This document shows positions 32,354 to 32,604 of a DNA stretch of 32,604 bases, piece by piece. The stretch lies in contig JAZKJB010000361.1 in NCBI GenBank assembly GCA_040384505.1, positions 1 to 32,604 on the forward strand, read 5' to 3'. Both the position numbers and the translations under genes were made by a program. The stretch comes from Bdellovibrionota bacterium (lineage in GTDB: Bacteria > Bdellovibrionota > Bdellovibrionia > Bdellovibrionales > JAMPXM01). Numbering within the stretch: the first letter of the stretch is position 1; each line of letters starts with the position of its first letter. A model generated the notes under the pieces. The model worked only from the letters and a program-made list of their open reading frames with translations. It made no database searches and had not been told where the DNA came from.

Positions 32354-32604
32354 TCAGGGAGTCGCGGTCTCGCTGTCGCGTTCGACGAGGATGACCGCTT
32401 TCATCGGTCCGCCTTTCGCGCGCACGATCTTGAATTCGCTCGGATCCACGGTCGACGGCGCTCCCTGCTGCTTGTAAAGCGACTTCAACTCGTCTTCATC
32501 GGTATTGAACGCTCGTGCGAACCAATTCGAGCCCTCGGCCATGCTGTAGGTTTCGACGCCATCGAGCGCGAGATCGTCGTCGAGATACTTTTTGATCGAG
32601 TCGA
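32354..32604 (-). CDS. hypothetical protein, C-terminal fragment (gene starts beyond the window end)
   Basis: The frame of ORF 32354..32542 stays open upstream to the window edge (...DSIKKYLDDDLALDGVETYSMAEGSNWFARAF...). Composition is protein-like. No family recognised. Confidence 0.45.
   Translation of the reverse strand, partial: DSIKKYLDDDLALDGVETYSMAEGSNWFARAFNTDEDELKSLYKQQGAPSTVDPSEFKIVRAKGGPMKAVILVERDSETATP

Noticed and set aside
1-32604. Whole window examined as a possible defence island, prophage or integrative element
   Set aside because: I found no integrase, recombinase, transposase, phage structural gene, flanking tRNA or long direct or inverted terminal repeats. Only the 22160-23023 gene shows a compositional departure.

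Overview
GC-rich, very gene-dense chromosomal segment from a diderm (Gram-negative-type) bacterium. I count 33 protein-coding genes, two of them cut by the window edges. I found no rRNA, tRNA, CRISPR array, integrase or transposase. Strong G/C bias at codon position 3 produces many long antisense or out-of-frame shadow ORFs in the supplied track. I kept only frames with protein-like sequence, recognisable motifs, signal peptides or Shine-Dalgarno (SD) sites. Content is a mosaic of four groups: envelope proteins (Sec, Tat and lipobox signals, two beta-barrels); regulators (Rrf2, LysR, CheY-like receiver, HD-GYP); DNA-damage proteins (SRAP/YedK-like, stand-alone LigD 3'-phosphoesterase); and many DUF-type genes. 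Five gene pairs are translationally coupled by ATGA overlaps (872-875, 7259-7262, 9400-9403, 28057-28060, 31541-31544). Taxon guess, inference only: a Bdellovibrionota-, Myxococcota- or Planctomycete-like lineage, based on the DUF1501 plus PSD/PSCyt-type pair and envelope features. Four candidates are most worth follow-up. (i) A nucleotidyltransferase-BON fusion coupled to a metallophosphoesterase, at the end of a SnoaL/DUF924 operon (29453-32305). (ii) An operon of HD-GYP, 4xS1 protein, NBD-only Hsp70 (YegD-like) and a small charged protein, divergent from a receiver coupled to a FadI-type thiolase (23044-29340). (iii) A Tat-exported DUF1501 protein with an 886-aa CxxCH partner, plus a second PSCyt-like lipoprotein nearby (16720-23023). 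(iv) A signal-less neutral ceramidase homologue coupled to a D-Ser-dehydratase/D-Thr-aldolase-like PLP enzyme (1-2170). No canonical defence-island or mobile-element hallmark is present. None of these can be shown to be a new system from sequence alone.
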